A stretch of 15,439 bases of DNA from NCBI GenBank assembly GCA_002309585.1, contig DBXN01000137.1, positions 1-15,439 of the forward strand. Direction: 5' to 3'. Numbering within the stretch: position 1 is the stretch's first letter; every line of letters begins with the position of its first letter. The position numbers and the translations under genes are program-made. The DNA is from Verrucomicrobia bacterium UBA1211. Its GTDB lineage: Bacteria; Verrucomicrobiota; Kiritimatiellia; RFP12; UBA1067. Shown here piece after piece: positions 14,154 through 15,439 of this stretch. Under the pieces are notes generated by a model. That model ran no database searches. It saw nothing but the letters and a program-made list of their open reading frames with translations, and had not been told where the DNA came from.

Positions 14154-15328
14154 AAGCCGACTCCGTTTTCATCGTCAGAAGAGAACATCGAGCGCAGATT
14201 CCTGGCCCGTACACCGTCCGAAAAGTCGTAGTCTTCGCCGTCGTAGATGACGCTGGCCGTGCTGACGCGCGCATCATCCCGTTTGAACGTGCGGAGATTC
14301 TTCGCAAAATCGTCGTGGAAGGTCATGGCGGACTTCACCTCGGCAATGTCCAGTTTGCGGCAACCCTCGGACACAAGGTCTATTTCAAAACCGCTTTCCG
14401 TGCGAAGAAAATGCAGATTGGCCTCCTTCCCGCGATTGGCCCGCGACTTGACCGCTTCCATCACCACGAGATTCTCGAACAACGCCCCGCGCAAGGGATC
14501 GTGCGCGACATGCTCCGGTGTCTCCAGATGCAGCAGGTACGCGGCGAGGCCGGGTTCCGTGAAATAGAGTTTCGGCGACTTGACAAGCCGTTTGGACCGG
14601 TTTGTGAAAAAAGGCTGAAGGCGAAAAACGATGAACGACGATTCAAGGACGGAAATCCAGCTGGAAATCGTCGTCGCGGACACGCCGACTTCCCCTGACA
14701 GCGCGGCATAGTTGACCAGCTGCCCCGTACGTCCCGCGAGCAGGCGGACAAACCGCTCGAACAGCGCGACATCCTTGACGTTCACGATCTTGCGCACATC
14801 CCGCTCAACGTAAGTCTGGAAATAGTTCCGGTAATAATCGTGCGGATCGATCTCCGCCACATGGAGCTCCGGCATGAATCCGCGCCAGATCAGCTCGTCG
14901 GTCGCGAGCGCCTTTGCGGACGCGCCCAGCTCCTCCAGCGACGGCGGATACAACGTCAGCAGAGAGGTGCGCCCGGCAAGAGACTGCGAAACCGCCTCCA
15001 CGAGAAGCGGCTGGTGCGAACCGGTCAGGATAAAGTGTCCGGCCCTGCGGCGGTCGGCGTCGATCATCACCTGAATCTGCGAAGTGAGCTCCGGCACACG
15101 CTGCACCTCATCGATGACCACCGGCGGCTTGAACCTGCGGAAAAACGCCTCGGGGTCGCCCGCCGCCAATCTGCGCGTTTCAAGATGCTCGAGATTGGCG
15201 TAGGCGTAGTCGGGGAAAAGTGCCCGGGCAAGCGTCGTCTTACCGCTCTGTCGGGGACCGAACAACGTCACAGATGGATACTGCCGCGCCGCTTTCAAGA
15301 CGCACGATGCTATTTTTCGCGTAATCAT
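14150..15328 (-). CDS. AAA-superfamily ATPase of the COG1373 type (AAA_14 + DUF4143-like)
   Basis: N-terminus MITRKIASCVLKAARQYPSVTLFGPRQSGKTTL (P-loop), Walker B VVIDEVQ, and the typical ~390 aa length. The ATG at 15326-15328 is preferred over the track's TTG start at 15334. Confidence 0.85.
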   Translation of the reverse strand: MITRKIASCVLKAARQYPSVTLFGPRQSGKTTLARALFPDYAYANLEHLETRRLAAGDPEAFFRRFKPPVVIDEVQRVPELTSQIQVMIDADRRRAGHFILTGSHQPLLVEAVSQSLAGRTSLLTLYPPSLEELGASAKALATDELIWRGFMPELHVAEIDPHDYYRNYFQTYVERDVRKIVNVKDVALFERFVRLLAGRTGQLVNYAALSGEVGVSATTISSWISVLESSFIVFRLQPFFTNRSKRLVKSPKLYFTEPGLAAYLLHLETPEHVAHDPLRGALFENLVVMEAVKSRANRGKEANLHFLRTESGFEIDLVSEGCRKLDIAEVKSAMTFHDDFAKNLRTFKRDDARVSTASVIYDGEDYDFSDGVRARNLRSMFSSDDENGVGL

Positions 15329-15336
15329 TTTCAAAC

Positions 15337-15345
15337 GTTATACCA
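15337..15345 (-). promoter_or_regulatory. Possible extended -10 element (TGgTATAAC) 8 nt upstream of the ATPase ATG; this would give a near-leaderless transcript
   Basis: The reverse complement of 15337-15345 is tggtataac. No convincing -35 was found. Confidence 0.3.
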
Positions 15346-15439
15346 TATTTCAGACGGAAAACGCAAGTTCAACTTTGGATTTACGTTTGCTCAGGTGCAA
15401 TTCACCGTCGAAGTCCATGATGGTTGAAAACAACTCTTT

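Noticed and set aside
12957-14231. 424-aa plus-strand ORF, plus the ORFs at 60..416 and 334..960
   Set aside because: Antisense to the two kinase genes. The kinase catalytic motifs (HRDVKPAN, DFG, Gly-loop) are unambiguous on the minus strand.
15329-15334. TTG start codon used by the ORF track for the COG1373 ATPase
   Set aside because: The in-frame ATG at 15328 yields the canonical MITRK... N-terminus of this family. The TTG would add only 'MK'.

Overview
High-GC (~65%) bacterial window in which every supportable gene lies on the minus strand. The centre (765..11569) is a tightly packed ten-gene, co-directional cluster with gaps of 0-38 bp and two 4-nt start/stop overlaps. In transcription order it encodes: an excisionase-type HTH regulator with a C-terminal zinc ribbon; a zinc-ribbon/SPFH (band-7) protein with a flotillin-like coiled coil; a zinc-ribbon/FHA protein; a lipoprotein; two paralogous exported proteins built from tandem CsgG/LpoB-like modules; a zinc-ribbon/Snf7 (ESCRT-III) protein; a second ESCRT-III/Snf7-like (PspA/Vipp1-superfamily) protein; an HExxH metallopeptidase of ImmA/IrrE (M78)/M48 type; and a Vps4-like AAA+ ATPase with an MIT-like N-terminus. 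I read this as a candidate bacterial ESCRT-III/Vps4-like membrane-remodelling system with an FHA/Ser-Thr-kinase signalling layer and a periplasmic arm. Upstream sits a COG1373-type AAA ATPase translationally coupled to a Hanks-type Ser/Thr kinase. A REP-associated tyrosine transposase (RAYT) with flanking REP-like palindromes and a 5-copy 26-bp tandem array lies between that pair and the cluster. A second kinase paralog, partial at the window edge, follows the cluster, so two ~0.53-kb direct repeats at ~88% identity bracket ~13.6 kb. All long plus-strand ORFs appear to be antisense artefacts of the high GC content. All domain calls rest on by-eye motif recognition and need HMM or structure confirmation.
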